Part shown: one piece after another, positions 51,944 to 61,849 of the stretch
How positions within the stretch are numbered: the first letter of the stretch is position 1
Layout: the number at the start of each line of letters is the position of its first letter
Assembly (NCBI GenBank): GCA_963721685.1
Contig: CAVRJJ010000001.1
Span: 132,870 to 196,869, forward strand
Source of the DNA: an uncultured bacterium
Lineage (GTDB): Bacteria; Patescibacteriota; Saccharimonadia; UBA4664; SCTI01
Direction of reading: 5' to 3'
Length of the DNA stretch: 64,000 nucleotides
The notes under the pieces: model-generated
Database searches by the model: none
Told to the model about the DNA's origin: nothing
The model's input: the letters and a program-made list of their open reading frames with translations, nothing else
Program-made: the position numbers and the translations under genes

Positions 51944-52372
51944 ATGACCTTCTCATCAAAACCGAGCGACGATGACTTGAAGCGAAAGCTTACGCCTGAG
52001 CAGTACGCGGTGGTGCGCGAACAGGCTACGGAGCCACCATTTTCCGGAAAGTATCTCGACCATAAGGAAAGCGGTATGTATCACTGTGTTTCCTGCGAAA
52101 CAGCCCTATTCTCTTCTGATACCAAGTATGATTCACATTCAGGGTGGCCGAGCTTCTGGAAGGCGGTGGATGCAGACGCGATTACTCTTATCCCCGACGA
52201 TAGCCTTGGTACGCGCCGGCTTGAAGCCGCCTGTGGTCATTGCGGTGCCCATTTGGGCCATATGTTTGAAGACGGACCCAAGCCTACCGGAAAAAGATAC
52301 TGCATCAACTCTTTAGCCCTGGACTTCATGCCGGCTGCGGATAAAACAGTCGTTCGAGCATCCCGCCAATGA
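51944..52372 (+). CDS. msrB: peptide-methionine (R)-S-oxide reductase
   Basis: 142 aa with GWPSFW and CGHCGAHLGHMF zinc/catalytic motifs. Confidence 0.9.
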   Translation: MTFSSKPSDDDLKRKLTPEQYAVVREQATEPPFSGKYLDHKESGMYHCVSCETALFSSDTKYDSHSGWPSFWKAVDADAITLIPDDSLGTRRLEAACGHCGAHLGHMFEDGPKPTGKRYCINSLALDFMPAADKTVVRASRQ

Positions 52373-53763
52373 TCCAACAACCCATCTCGCTCACCATTTT
52401 TGGCATTTCCGGTGACTTGGCCTCTAGAAAACTGCTTCCTTCCCTTTACTGGTTACTCGCGGCCGGGGAGCTTCCTGAGCACATGGTCATTATTGGCGTA
52501 TCGCGTCAAGAAATTAGTGTTGAGCGCTTGATGAAGAAAGTTACCCTTTATGTAGGTAAAAAAGCCGACCCCCTCATTATTAGCCGTTTAGGGTCAATGA
52601 TCCGAATGGTTCGGATGGATAGCGGGCAAGCCAGTGAGTACATTAATTTAAAGCAAGTGTATAAATCAATTGAGTCTAGCGACGAAGCCGTACGGCTTCT
52701 CTATTTGGCCCTGCCCCCGGTGGTTTCGAAGCCGGTTATTTCAGCCATGGCCGAAGCCGGTATTACCAAGAAGGCGCATAAAGATATTCGTTTGCTGCTA
52801 GAGAAGCCATTTGGATTTAATTTGGCCTCAGCCAAGGAGCTTGATGCCTGTTTGGAGCAGGCCGTCCAAGAAAAGCAGATCTATCGGATAGACCACTATC
52901 TGGCCAAGGAGACGGCTCAAAACATAACGGTTTTTCGTTTTGCCAATCCGATCATGTCGGCAATCTGGAATAATAAGTTTATTGAGCGAATCGAAATTGA
53001 AGCTAGCGAGCGCATTGGCATTGAGAACCGCGTAGACTTTTATGAGCAAACCGGAGCGCTGCGTGATGTAGTGCAAAGCCATCTGTTGTCATTGCTGGCG
53101 CTCGTAATGATGGAAGAGCCGAAACATGACGATGAAGCCGATTTTCATCGTAAGCGACGGAAAGTCTTAGAGTCGATAACCCCTTATAACCCCAAGGATG
53201 TAACAACCCGATCGTACCGCGGCCAATACACAACCTACCGTAACGAAGTTGGGAACCCGGAATCAATTATCGAAACCTGGGCTGCCCTGCAATTGGAATT
53301 GAAATCCCGTCGCTGGAAGGGCGTCCCTCTTTACTTAAGCGGCGGAAAGTCACTTGACGAGCGGCGAGCAAGTATCCGCGTATTTTTTAAAGCCTCCCCC
53401 AAGCAGCACTACAATTGCCTAACCTTCCGGCTGCAGCCACGTGAAGGTATTGAATTGCAGCTTGAGGCAAAGCGGGAAGGACTGACCGATGTAACCGAGC
53501 CAATCTTTTTGAAGTTTGCCTATGGAGCGTCATCATCCGGGCGGCGACCCGACGGATACGAACGCGTTCTGAGTGACGCGATCAACGGTGACCGAGCCAG
53601 CTTTTTAACCGGGCCGGAGATTCTAGCCACCTGGCGTCTGGTGGAGCCGGTACTCCAGGCCTGGCAGCGAGACGGGGAGAGCCTTCACTACTATCAACCC
53701 GGATCAAAACCGCCCCTATCCTCCCTTCATGACGAACGCGGCCGCATTATACCCTCAACCTAA
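52369..53763 (+). CDS. zwf: glucose-6-phosphate 1-dehydrogenase-like protein
   Basis: 464 aa with the N-terminal GxSGDLAxRKLxP NADP-binding motif and RIDHYLAKE. Confidence 0.8.
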   Translation: MIQQPISLTIFGISGDLASRKLLPSLYWLLAAGELPEHMVIIGVSRQEISVERLMKKVTLYVGKKADPLIISRLGSMIRMVRMDSGQASEYINLKQVYKSIESSDEAVRLLYLALPPVVSKPVISAMAEAGITKKAHKDIRLLLEKPFGFNLASAKELDACLEQAVQEKQIYRIDHYLAKETAQNITVFRFANPIMSAIWNNKFIERIEIEASERIGIENRVDFYEQTGALRDVVQSHLLSLLALVMMEEPKHDDEADFHRKRRKVLESITPYNPKDVTTRSYRGQYTTYRNEVGNPESIIETWAALQLELKSRRWKGVPLYLSGGKSLDERRASIRVFFKASPKQHYNCLTFRLQPREGIELQLEAKREGLTDVTEPIFLKFAYGASSSGRRPDGYERVLSDAINGDRASFLTGPEILATWRLVEPVLQAWQRDGESLHYYQPGSKPPLSSLHDERGRIIPST

Positions 53764-53793
53764 GCCTCGACGCTTACCCTTAAATACACTATT

Positions 53794-55125
53794 ATGAGTG
53801 CCATGAGTAAGCCTGAAATTATTGCTGTTGAGGACGTTTCCAACCATATTGATAAAAGCGTTACGATCCGCGGTTGGGTGCAAACCATTCGTGACCAAAG
53901 CAAAATTAAATTTATGGTGGTACGGGACAGAAGCGGAGTTATGCAGTCTGTCATACTATCCTCCGCTGCTCAACCCTTCGCCTTAATTTCCAAACTTACC
54001 ACCGAGTCGGTGGTGGCGCTTACAGGAAAAGCGGTGTCATCAAAACAAGCCCCCGGCGGGGTTGAGATTGTGGCGGAGTATTTGGAAATAATATCGCAGG
54101 CTGATCCGCAATTGCCAATCCAGGTTATTGAAAAAAACGTTGAAGAAGCGGATATGAACATTCGGCTCGATTGGCGCTGGATTGACCTTCGCAAACCGGA
54201 AAAACAATTAATTTTTAAAACCTGGACCGTGATGGATCAGGCATTTCACAACTATTTAATTGAAAAGGACTATATTCAAATATACTCCCCTAAGCTTATC
54301 AACACTCCAAGCGAATCAGGCGCCGAGGTTTTTGAAGTAGATTACTTTGACCGCAAGGCCTATTTAGCCCAATCACCGCAGTTTTATAAGCAAATGGCAA
54401 TGGCGTCCGGTTTTGAAAAAGTGTTTGAGGCGGGGCCGGTATTTCGGGCCGAGCCGTCCTTTACTACCCGGCACGCGACGGAATTTACCGGTTACGACTT
54501 AGAGCTCGCTTATATTGATTCCCATGAGGATGTAATGAGGGAACAGGAAGGGGTGCTGGTTGCCATGCTTGGCGTTGCCAAGAAAGCCTATGGCCCCTCA
54601 ATAAGAGAACAATATCAAGAAGAGGTAACTGTTCCCCAAATGCCGTTCCCAAGAGTTACCTTAGCCGAGGCCAAATCCATGCTGAAGGCCGCCGGTGTTA
54701 CCAGCGAGAAATTGGATGACTTGAACCCGGAAGAGGAACGCGAGCTCTCCCGGCTTATAAAAGAGCGGGATAATCATGAGTTTGTATTTGTATCCGACTA
54801 CCCGGCTACCGCCCGGCCGTTTTATCACATGCGTCATGAAGATAAGCCGGAATTGACGAAGAGCTACGACTTGTTATTTCGAGGAATTGAAATTACAACC
54901 GGCGCCCAACGCGAGCATCGTTATGACCAGTTGATTGCGCAAGCCAAGGAAAAACAGATGAATCTTGAGCAATTGGCGTTTTATTTTAACTTCTTTAAGT
55001 ACGGATGCCCGCCTCATGGTGGTTTGGGTATGGGCCCCAACCGCCTGTTAATGCGAATGTTTAATCTGCCCAGCTTGCGTGAAGCTATGTATATTTACCG
55101 CGGTCCGCACCGTCTGGTGCCCTAG
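53794..55125 (+). CDS. class IIb aminoacyl-tRNA synthetase, archaeal/eukaryal-type short Asp-tRNA (or Asn-tRNA) ligase
   Basis: OB-fold anticodon-binding N-terminus. Motif 2 FRAEPSFTTRHATEF and motif 3 GGLGMGPNRLLM. The 443-aa size fits the non-bacterial-type AspRS/AsnRS. Confidence 0.75.
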   Translation: MSAMSKPEIIAVEDVSNHIDKSVTIRGWVQTIRDQSKIKFMVVRDRSGVMQSVILSSAAQPFALISKLTTESVVALTGKAVSSKQAPGGVEIVAEYLEIISQADPQLPIQVIEKNVEEADMNIRLDWRWIDLRKPEKQLIFKTWTVMDQAFHNYLIEKDYIQIYSPKLINTPSESGAEVFEVDYFDRKAYLAQSPQFYKQMAMASGFEKVFEAGPVFRAEPSFTTRHATEFTGYDLELAYIDSHEDVMREQEGVLVAMLGVAKKAYGPSIREQYQEEVTVPQMPFPRVTLAEAKSMLKAAGVTSEKLDDLNPEEERELSRLIKERDNHEFVFVSDYPATARPFYHMRHEDKPELTKSYDLLFRGIEITTGAQREHRYDQLIAQAKEKQMNLEQLAFYFNFFKYGCPPHGGLGMGPNRLLMRMFNLPSLREAMYIYRGPHRLVP

Positions 55126-55127
55126 TA

Positions 55128-55559
55128 ATGGGCAGGTGGCTATTGCTGCTTATGGCAGCGGCGGTAATGGTTTTTTCAACGCAAGCCCAGGCTAGCGACG
55201 CGTCGTTATTGGGTCCGCAAGGCTCGCTGGGCTCGACTTCCACGATAAACAACAGCGGCACTTCGGTTCCCCAGACCGGCAGTTTGTTGCAGCCTGCCGG
55301 TACCAGTACCGCCCCTATTCAGGAAGCCGACGCGCAGGCCGGGGGAATTACCGGATCGCAATCCGAAACCCTCCAGCAAACCGCACCTTCCGATCAAATC
55401 AAACTGCTCATTGGGAGTGAGGGTGAAGGCGAGCAAACGCTAGACAATGAGGGTAACTTTAGCTGGCTGCTAATTATTTTGGCAATACTCGTAACGGCAA
55501 CAATCATTACAGCCGTCCTGGTTTGGATCGAACGCCGCCGGGCTTTAGCTTCTTTATAA
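55128..55559 (+). CDS. secreted, C-terminally membrane-anchored Ser/Thr/Gln-rich low-complexity protein
   Basis: Signal peptide MGRWLLLLMAAAVMVFSTQAQA, then a low-complexity region and a C-terminal TM helix plus RRR. Confidence 0.45.
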   Translation: MGRWLLLLMAAAVMVFSTQAQASDASLLGPQGSLGSTSTINNSGTSVPQTGSLLQPAGTSTAPIQEADAQAGGITGSQSETLQQTAPSDQIKLLIGSEGEGEQTLDNEGNFSWLLIILAILVTATIITAVLVWIERRRALASL

Positions 55560-55607
55560 CCAACTCCGCAATTGTGCTTGTGCTTATTCGATGGTTAAAT
55601 ATAGGTA

Positions 55608-56651
55608 ATGAAGTGTCAACATTGCGGTTCAAAAGATATTATAGGCATCCAAGGCCAGAACTTTTGTCTTAATTGCGGGGTAGAGGTTATGGCGGCGGCA
55701 ATACCGATTACCAAAGTTAAAAAAAATAAAACGTCGAACACTTTTCAGAACAGCGCTTACGGACCGGCCGCCAAGCCACAAATTGTCCAAGCCTCCGTAC
55801 CCAAGCAAAAGCATTCCCACCGTGCTTCCTTAAAGAACAGCGGCATACATCCGCTGCGGTTTGCTCTGAAAGTGGCTTCCAGCTTGGCTTTGTTCGTTGG
55901 TGCGTTTATTGGGGTAGCTATATGGTTTGAATTAGATAATGACCTACTGCTTTATTTTGCCGTTACCAGTCTCGCGGTAGTAGCAATTTATATGGTACTG
56001 GCCCAAGCCGCGCTGCTTTATGGCTTTGCCAAAAAATTTGACGGCAATCCAGCACCCCATCGGCTGTGGTGGGCGGCTGCGAGGTCGGGGTTTATGGATA
56101 TTGTGAATGTCAACCTGATTAGCCTAATTGTTGCCGTCATCGCGGTGGGTATTGATGTAACGGCTTGGAGCTTTCTTAATGCCCAAGAGGGGGTTAATAG
56201 CGTTGCAATGGGCAGCCTGCTTGGTTTGCTGAACGTGGCAATACTTTGGGTATTACTCGGTGCCTATGTTGCCAAACGGCTGGCGGTACCGGCAGTGGCT
56301 GTCGGCGGCATGACTGCCGTTCAGGCACTGAGGATTGGCTGGCGGTTTTATGTTAAGGCAGGCGGTCATCTTGTAGCGGCAGCCCTTGAGGTGGCGGTGG
56401 TGAGAGTTTTTGCCATAGTGGTGGTTGGTTTACTCATCTACGGGGGATTCTCAATTGACTGGGGCAGCACTTCCATGAACGCTGCTTTAGGCGGCGCCTT
56501 CGTTGCGGCAGGAATAAGCTTTTTAGCCGTTATGACCTTGTTAGAGCTAGAAATGCGTATTTGGCAACGCCAATACCGACAGTGGACTAGTATGCTGCCG
56601 GCGGCATTGCGCTTTCGCCTTATTACCGGCCGCGTTAAGCCCCAGCCGTAG
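55608..56651 (+). CDS. polytopic membrane protein with N-terminal zinc-ribbon (CxxC-x10-CxxC)
   Basis: MKCQHCGSKDIIGIQGQNFCLNCG followed by about 6 hydrophobic helices. Confidence 0.45.
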   Translation: MKCQHCGSKDIIGIQGQNFCLNCGVEVMAAAIPITKVKKNKTSNTFQNSAYGPAAKPQIVQASVPKQKHSHRASLKNSGIHPLRFALKVASSLALFVGAFIGVAIWFELDNDLLLYFAVTSLAVVAIYMVLAQAALLYGFAKKFDGNPAPHRLWWAAARSGFMDIVNVNLISLIVAVIAVGIDVTAWSFLNAQEGVNSVAMGSLLGLLNVAILWVLLGAYVAKRLAVPAVAVGGMTAVQALRIGWRFYVKAGGHLVAAALEVAVVRVFAIVVVGLLIYGGFSIDWGSTSMNAALGGAFVAAGISFLAVMTLLELEMRIWQRQYRQWTSMLPAALRFRLITGRVKPQP

Positions 56652-56729
56652 TCTGTTTGCTTGACTTATCAGATGGTTTTGCTAGAATTAACCTTAAGAA
56701 AGCCCCAGGGCTTTTTAAAATTGCCAAAA

Positions 56730-56930
56730 ATGGAGCTGAGCGTGCAAACTTTATTCCGCTACATCCAGTCGTCCGGAGCTGAGCTGCGCAAAGTTACCTG
56801 GCCATCCCGAAGAAACGCCGTTCGGATGAGCGTGATTGTAATCATATTTTCTATAATCATGGCGGTTGGTATTGGCCTTGTTGATTTTGCTCTCACTAAA
56901 GTACTACAAACCATAATTCTGAAGGGATAA
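56730..56930 (+). CDS. secE: preprotein translocase subunit SecE (short form; longer ORF from 56661 also possible)
   Basis: Single C-terminal TM helix following KVTWPSRRNAV. Immediately precedes nusG. Confidence 0.75.
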   Translation: MELSVQTLFRYIQSSGAELRKVTWPSRRNAVRMSVIVIIFSIIMAVGIGLVDFALTKVLQTIILKG

Positions 56931-56931
56931 C

Positions 56932-57468
56932 ATGACATCGCAGGCGACTAAAAACTGGTACGTTATCCATACTTATTCCGGCTATGAAGACCGCGTAGCT
57001 GAAAACTTAAAACAGCGCATTGTTTCCCTTGGCATGGAAAACAAAATATTTGATATTATTGTCCCGAAGGAAAACCAGATTGAGATAAAAAACGGCCGAC
57101 GGCGTATAGTTGAGCGCCGGATTTTTCCAGGATACGTTTTGGTTCAAATGGATGTTACCGACGACTCTTGGTACGTAGTGCGAAACACTCCCAACGTAAC
57201 CGGTTTTGTGGGCAGCGGTACGACGCCGACCCCTATCGACCAAGCGGAAGTGCGGCATATCCAGAAGCGCATGGGTGTCGAAGAGCCCAAATATAATATC
57301 GATTTCAGCATTGGTGAAACCGTCAACATTACCGACGGACCATTTAAAGGGTTTGATGGCGCGGTCAGTGACATTGATGAAAGCAAAGGCAAGATAAAGG
57401 TCCTGGTGAACATGTTTGGCCGCGAAACTCCAGTTGAGCTTGACAGCCTTCAAGTAAAGAAACTCTAA
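56932..57468 (+). CDS. nusG: transcription termination/antitermination factor NusG
   Basis: 178 aa with NGN and KOW domains (WYVIHTYSGYE...). Confidence 0.92.
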   Translation: MTSQATKNWYVIHTYSGYEDRVAENLKQRIVSLGMENKIFDIIVPKENQIEIKNGRRRIVERRIFPGYVLVQMDVTDDSWYVVRNTPNVTGFVGSGTTPTPIDQAEVRHIQKRMGVEEPKYNIDFSIGETVNITDGPFKGFDGAVSDIDESKGKIKVLVNMFGRETPVELDSLQVKKL

Positions 57469-57481
57469 GAAAGCAGGAATT

Positions 57482-57913
57482 ATGGCACAAGTAAAAAAAA
57501 TTAAGGGCGTAGTGAAATTCCGGCTTCAGGCTGGCAAGGCCAGTCCGGCCCCCCCGGTTGGCTCTATTCTGGGTGCTCAGGGCGTAAACATGATGGAATT
57601 TGTAAACGGCTTTAATGAGCAAACCCGTGACCTAGGCGATGTTCAGCTGGCGGTGAAGGTCACCATTTACGAAGACCGCAGTTTTAGTTTTGCGACCAAA
57701 GGTGAGCCAACCGCCAACTTAATCCGCAAAGCCGCCGGGGTTTCAAAGGGTTCGGGGAATTCAGTTAAGGAAAAAGTAGCCTCCCTCAGCAAGGCCCAGG
57801 TTACCGAGATTGCCGAGCAAAAAATGTCGGATTTAAACGCCAATGATCCAGCAGCTGCCTTTAAGGTTGTAGCCGGCACCGCCCGCAGTATGGGCATTAC
57901 CGTCGAAAAGTAA
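57482..57913 (+). CDS. rplK: 50S ribosomal protein L11
   Basis: 143 aa with PPVGSILG... Confidence 0.95.
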   Translation: MAQVKKIKGVVKFRLQAGKASPAPPVGSILGAQGVNMMEFVNGFNEQTRDLGDVQLAVKVTIYEDRSFSFATKGEPTANLIRKAAGVSKGSGNSVKEKVASLSKAQVTEIAEQKMSDLNANDPAAAFKVVAGTARSMGITVEK

Positions 57914-57970
57914 CTTAAACCACACGTGGGAGGCTGAAAACCAGCCGCTTGGACCACGAAGGAGATATAA

Positions 57971-58972
57971 ATGGCAGAAGCCAAACCTAAAACCAGCAAA
58001 GCAAAGCCTAAAGCTGCAGCCAAAGTCAAAGCAGAAGAAATTATAGAAAAGGCCCCGGAAGAAACGGCCGAACCGGTGACTGAGGCTACTAACATAGAGG
58101 CGCAGCCGGAAGAAGCAGCAGCCGCTGAGCATACCACGAAGGCCGGCAAACACAGCGCCAAGGCTAAACGTGAAGTTGAAGAAGAAGCGGCCCGTAAAGC
58201 CGCTGCTGCCACAAAACCGGAAGAAAAGCCCAAACCGCCCGCGCCTAAGCGCAACCCCCTAAAGCACCACGGTAAAGCATACCGGGAAGCCGCGGCAAAG
58301 GTGGACCGCACTAAGCACTATGAGCTGGCTGAAGCTCTTGAGTTAACAAAAAGTACTGCTACCACCAAGTTTGACGCTTCGATTGAGCTGCACATGAATT
58401 TAGGCGTTGATCCCCGCCAAGCCGACCAAATGGTCCGCTCAACTGTGGTACTGCCAGCAGGAACCGGTAAGACTCTGCGCATTGCCGTGGTTGCCAAAGG
58501 TGACCAACAGGCGGCCGCTAAAAAGGCAGGCGCCGATTTAGTGGGAGATGACGAGCTAGTGACTTCCATTGAAAAAGGTAAACTGGATTTTGATGTGCTG
58601 ATCGCAACGCCGGATATGATGGCAAAACTTGGCAAAGCCGCCAAAGTCCTTGGACCGCGCGGGTTAATGCCCAACCCAAAAAGCGGCACGGTAACGGCCA
58701 ACGTAGCCACCGCCATTGAACAAGCCAAGGCCGGCAAGGTGGAGTTTCGTATAGATAAGCAAGCAATTGTTCATATGGTGATTGGCAAAGCCAGCTTTAG
58801 CGGGGATAAGCTTATGAGTAATGCCACTACCGCCATTGACGCGGTAATGAAAGCCAAACCGGCGGCCACCAAGGGTACCTATGTTCAAGCTATTGCCTTA
58901 AGCAGCTCAATGGGTCCAGGTGTTAAACTTGATGTCCAAGGGGCTATTGCCGCCGCTAACCCTAAGCGGTAA
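57971..58972 (+). CDS. rplA: 50S ribosomal protein L1 with ~100-aa Lys/Ala/Glu/Pro-rich N-terminal extension
   Basis: L1 core begins at ...KHHGKAYREAAAKVDRTKHYELAEA. It is preceded by a low-complexity extension. Strong RBS AAGGAG lies 7 nt before the ATG at 57971. Confidence 0.9.
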   Translation: MAEAKPKTSKAKPKAAAKVKAEEIIEKAPEETAEPVTEATNIEAQPEEAAAAEHTTKAGKHSAKAKREVEEEAARKAAAATKPEEKPKPPAPKRNPLKHHGKAYREAAAKVDRTKHYELAEALELTKSTATTKFDASIELHMNLGVDPRQADQMVRSTVVLPAGTGKTLRIAVVAKGDQQAAAKKAGADLVGDDELVTSIEKGKLDFDVLIATPDMMAKLGKAAKVLGPRGLMPNPKSGTVTANVATAIEQAKAGKVEFRIDKQAIVHMVIGKASFSGDKLMSNATTAIDAVMKAKPAATKGTYVQAIALSSSMGPGVKLDVQGAIAAANPKR

Positions 58973-59007
58973 ACGTGATATTATAGGGAAAGTTTAAGGA
59001 GCAACTG

Positions 59008-59682
59008 GTGGGAGTATTTAGCGACCGGGAAATTAAAGCCGCGCTTAAAAGCGGACAAATTGTCATTGATCCTTACGAGCCTGCCAATGTAAAGGGGAGC
59101 AGTGTCGATGTTCGACTTGGCGAATGGTTTTATGTAACCGACAGCGCCACCAACCAGGACTACTACAACCCGTTTGATGTGAAGTCGGTTGAAGACTACT
59201 TTAAGGGTCCACTTAAAGCCATTAGCAACCAAGAATGGGCTGAGCACCATAACCGCCGCCCGTGGAAGAACATCCCGCTGAACCATCCGATTATAGTGTT
59301 GCGCCCGCATGAACGTATTTTAGCCCATACGGTTGAATTTGCCGGAATAGCTTATGAAGGCACTACCACCATGCAGGCCCGCTCAACTTGGGGTCGTAAC
59401 GGGATCGTGGTGTGCAAAGACGCCGGATGGGGCGATCCGGGCTACATTAACCGCTGGACGATGGAAATCCAAAACGACAATGACGTTTCCGTACCGCTGC
59501 CGGTTGGCATGCGGGTGGCTCAGTTGGTGTTCTACCATATGGCAAAGTCGGATAAAACTTATGGTGACAGCGATAAGTATCAGCTTAAGGGTTCAATTAA
59601 GGATATTAAAAAATCTTGGAAACCAGAGATGATGCTGCCGCGGGCCTACAATGATAAGATTTCTTTACCAAAAAATAAGTAA
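59008..59682 (+). CDS. dcd: dCTP deaminase family protein
   Basis: 224 aa with SVDVRLG and the Dcd/Dut fold signature. GTG start after AAGGAG. Confidence 0.8.
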   Translation: MGVFSDREIKAALKSGQIVIDPYEPANVKGSSVDVRLGEWFYVTDSATNQDYYNPFDVKSVEDYFKGPLKAISNQEWAEHHNRRPWKNIPLNHPIIVLRPHERILAHTVEFAGIAYEGTTTMQARSTWGRNGIVVCKDAGWGDPGYINRWTMEIQNDNDVSVPLPVGMRVAQLVFYHMAKSDKTYGDSDKYQLKGSIKDIKKSWKPEMMLPRAYNDKISLPKNK

Positions 59683-60380
59683 TGGCAAAATCGGGCGCAT
59701 TTATTGTCATTGAAGGTACCGATGGAGCCGGCAAGGGTACTCAGACCGACCTGCTTCATGCCCGTTTAAAAAAAGCCGGGTATAAGGTGGCAGTTTTTGA
59801 CTTTCCGCAGTACGGCCAGCCCAGCGCCCATTTTGTGGAACGTTATCTTAATGGAAAGTATGGCGGTATTGATGAGGTGAATGTCTACCAGGCTTCCCTT
59901 TATTACGCCATGGATCGCCTGGAGGCCGGCTTTGCCATACGGGAGGCTCTGGCTGACGGTAAAATTGTTTTAGCCAACCGCTACGTTGGCTCAAATATGG
60001 CCCACCAAGGTGCGCGTTTTGACGACGACAAGGAACGGGAAGCCTTTTTTGAATGGATCCAAGATTTAGAGTTTGGCCTACTTGATATTCCGCGCCCTGA
60101 CCTTAATCTGGTGCTTCACATGCCTGCCAAAATAGCCCAAAAACTGGTAGACAACAAAAGCCAGCGTGAATACCTGGGAACGAAAAAACGCGATATTCAT
60201 GAGGACGACTTGAACCACCTTGAAAAAGCCGAACGGGCCTACTTGCAAATGTGCAAGCTATTTCCCCATATGTTCCAGCTGATTGAATGCATGAAAGGAA
60301 GCGCTGTGGCCTCAAAGAAGGAGGTAAGCGAGCGGATTTGGCATGAAGTTTCAGGAAAACTCATCCATCAAAACAAGTAA
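59682..60380 (+). CDS. tmk: thymidylate kinase
   Basis: 232 aa with P-loop IVIEGTDGAGKGTQ, the DRY motif and a lid region. Confidence 0.88.
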   Translation: MAKSGAFIVIEGTDGAGKGTQTDLLHARLKKAGYKVAVFDFPQYGQPSAHFVERYLNGKYGGIDEVNVYQASLYYAMDRLEAGFAIREALADGKIVLANRYVGSNMAHQGARFDDDKEREAFFEWIQDLEFGLLDIPRPDLNLVLHMPAKIAQKLVDNKSQREYLGTKKRDIHEDDLNHLEKAERAYLQMCKLFPHMFQLIECMKGSAVASKKEVSERIWHEVSGKLIHQNK

Positions 60381-60382
60381 GA

Positions 60383-60874
60383 CTACATTCTTATAAGCTT
60401 ACAAAAACTATAAGCATATTCATTCTTTTCATCAGCGTTATGCTCCTCACGGCTAACTTCCTTCCATTGGGTTGGGTCATAGGCAAAGCGGACATCACCT
60501 TCAGGGCTAGCATGAACCAAGGTTATATACAAAACATTGGCCAGCGGCAGGGCTTGCTCATATACCGCCCCTCCGCCAATTACAAAAATTTCTTTATCAC
60601 CTGATGAAGCGGCCTTATCAATAGCGGCTTCCAGCGAGCTAACCACCTCGCAGCCTTCTGCCAGATAAGCAGTATTGCGACTGATCACAATATTGCGGCG
60701 CCCGGGGAGGGGGCGGCCAATGGATTCATAGGTATTACGGCCCATAATGATGGGGTGACCCATAGTGGTCTTTTTGAAATATGCCATGTCGGCAGATAGC
60801 TTCCAGGGAATGCTGCCGTCGTTGCGGCCGATAACGCCATTTTCAGCTGCGGCCACAATAAGGCTTAGCGTCAC
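60383..60874 (-). CDS. folA: dihydrofolate reductase
   Basis: 163 aa with IVAAAENGVIG...PW, GRNTYESIG and VIGGGAVY. Confidence 0.9.
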   Translation of the reverse strand: MTLSLIVAAAENGVIGRNDGSIPWKLSADMAYFKKTTMGHPIIMGRNTYESIGRPLPGRRNIVISRNTAYLAEGCEVVSSLEAAIDKAASSGDKEIFVIGGGAVYEQALPLANVLYITLVHASPEGDVRFAYDPTQWKEVSREEHNADEKNEYAYSFCKLIRM

Positions 60875-60877
60875 TGT

Positions 60878-61795
60878 TTAAACCGCGATTGGGGCTTTAA
60901 TGGGCGGATGAGGGTCGTAGCCGGTAAGCTCAAAATCGTCAAAACTAAAATCAAAGATTGATGTTATCTGGGGATTAATCTTCATTGTCGGCAGTGGCCG
61001 CGGCTCACGGCTCAGCTGTTCATGCACCTGGTCGGTGTGGTTGCTGTAAATATGCGTATCACCAAGGGTATGGACAAAATCACCCGGCTTTAATCCCGTA
61101 ACTTGGGCGATCATCATCGTAAGCAGCGCGTAGGAAGCAATGTTGAAAGGTACGCCCAGAAATGTATCGGCGCTGCGCTGGTATAGTTGGCAGCTTAATT
61201 TGCCGTCGGCCACGTAAAACTGAAACAGCGTATGGCAAGGAGGCAGGCCGGCTTTAGCCATCTCTTCAATTTCGGCGACATTCCAGGCAGACACAATAAT
61301 GCGCCGGGAGTCGGGATTGGTCTTAATCATATCAATCGCCCCCTGGATTTGGTCAACATGGTCGCCGCCGGGAGTCGGCCAGCTGCGCCATTGGTAGCCA
61401 TACACCGGGCCAAGCTCGCCGTGGTCTTTAGCGAAGCTGCCGTCGGCCTTAATTTTTTCAGTAAACTCTTTAATACCAGCCTTCCATGCTTCACTATTCG
61501 AATCCGGAACATCCTTACCCTGGCCTTGGAGGTAAGCCCGGTACGGCCATTCATCCCAAATATGGACGTCATTATCCACCAGATACTTAATATTGGTACT
61601 GCCCTGTAAAAACCACAATAGCTCATGAATAATACTGCGAAGATACAGTTTTTTGGTAGTAACGGCGGGAAAGCCTTCGCTTAAATCAAACCGCATTTGG
61701 CGGCCAAATACGCTGGTAGTGCCTGTGCCGGTGCGGTCGCTTTTAATAGTCCCATTGATTTGAATGTCTTTCAAAAGATCCAAGTATTGTTTCAT
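60878..61795 (-). CDS. thyA: thymidylate synthase (start trimmed to MKQYLDLL)
   Basis: ThyA motifs [13 protein letters not shown] and the [10 protein letters not shown]-like run. The upstream in-frame extension to 61876 lacks homology. Confidence 0.9.
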   Translation of the reverse strand: MKQYLDLLKDIQINGTIKSDRTGTGTTSVFGRQMRFDLSEGFPAVTTKKLYLRSIIHELLWFLQGSTNIKYLVDNDVHIWDEWPYRAYLQGQGKDVPDSNSEAWKAGIKEFTEKIKADGSFAKDHGELGPVYGYQWRSWPTPGGDHVDQIQGAIDMIKTNPDSRRIIVSAWNVAEIEEMAKAGLPPCHTLFQFYVADGKLSCQLYQRSADTFLGVPFNIASYALLTMMIAQVTGLKPGDFVHTLGDTHIYSNHTDQVHEQLSREPRPLPTMKINPQITSIFDFSFDDFELTGYDPHPPIKAPIAV

Positions 61796-61849
61796 ACGTA
61801 TAATATTAACATTTTTGCAGCTTTGGGTGGCAGCCGCTACAATTGGGGT

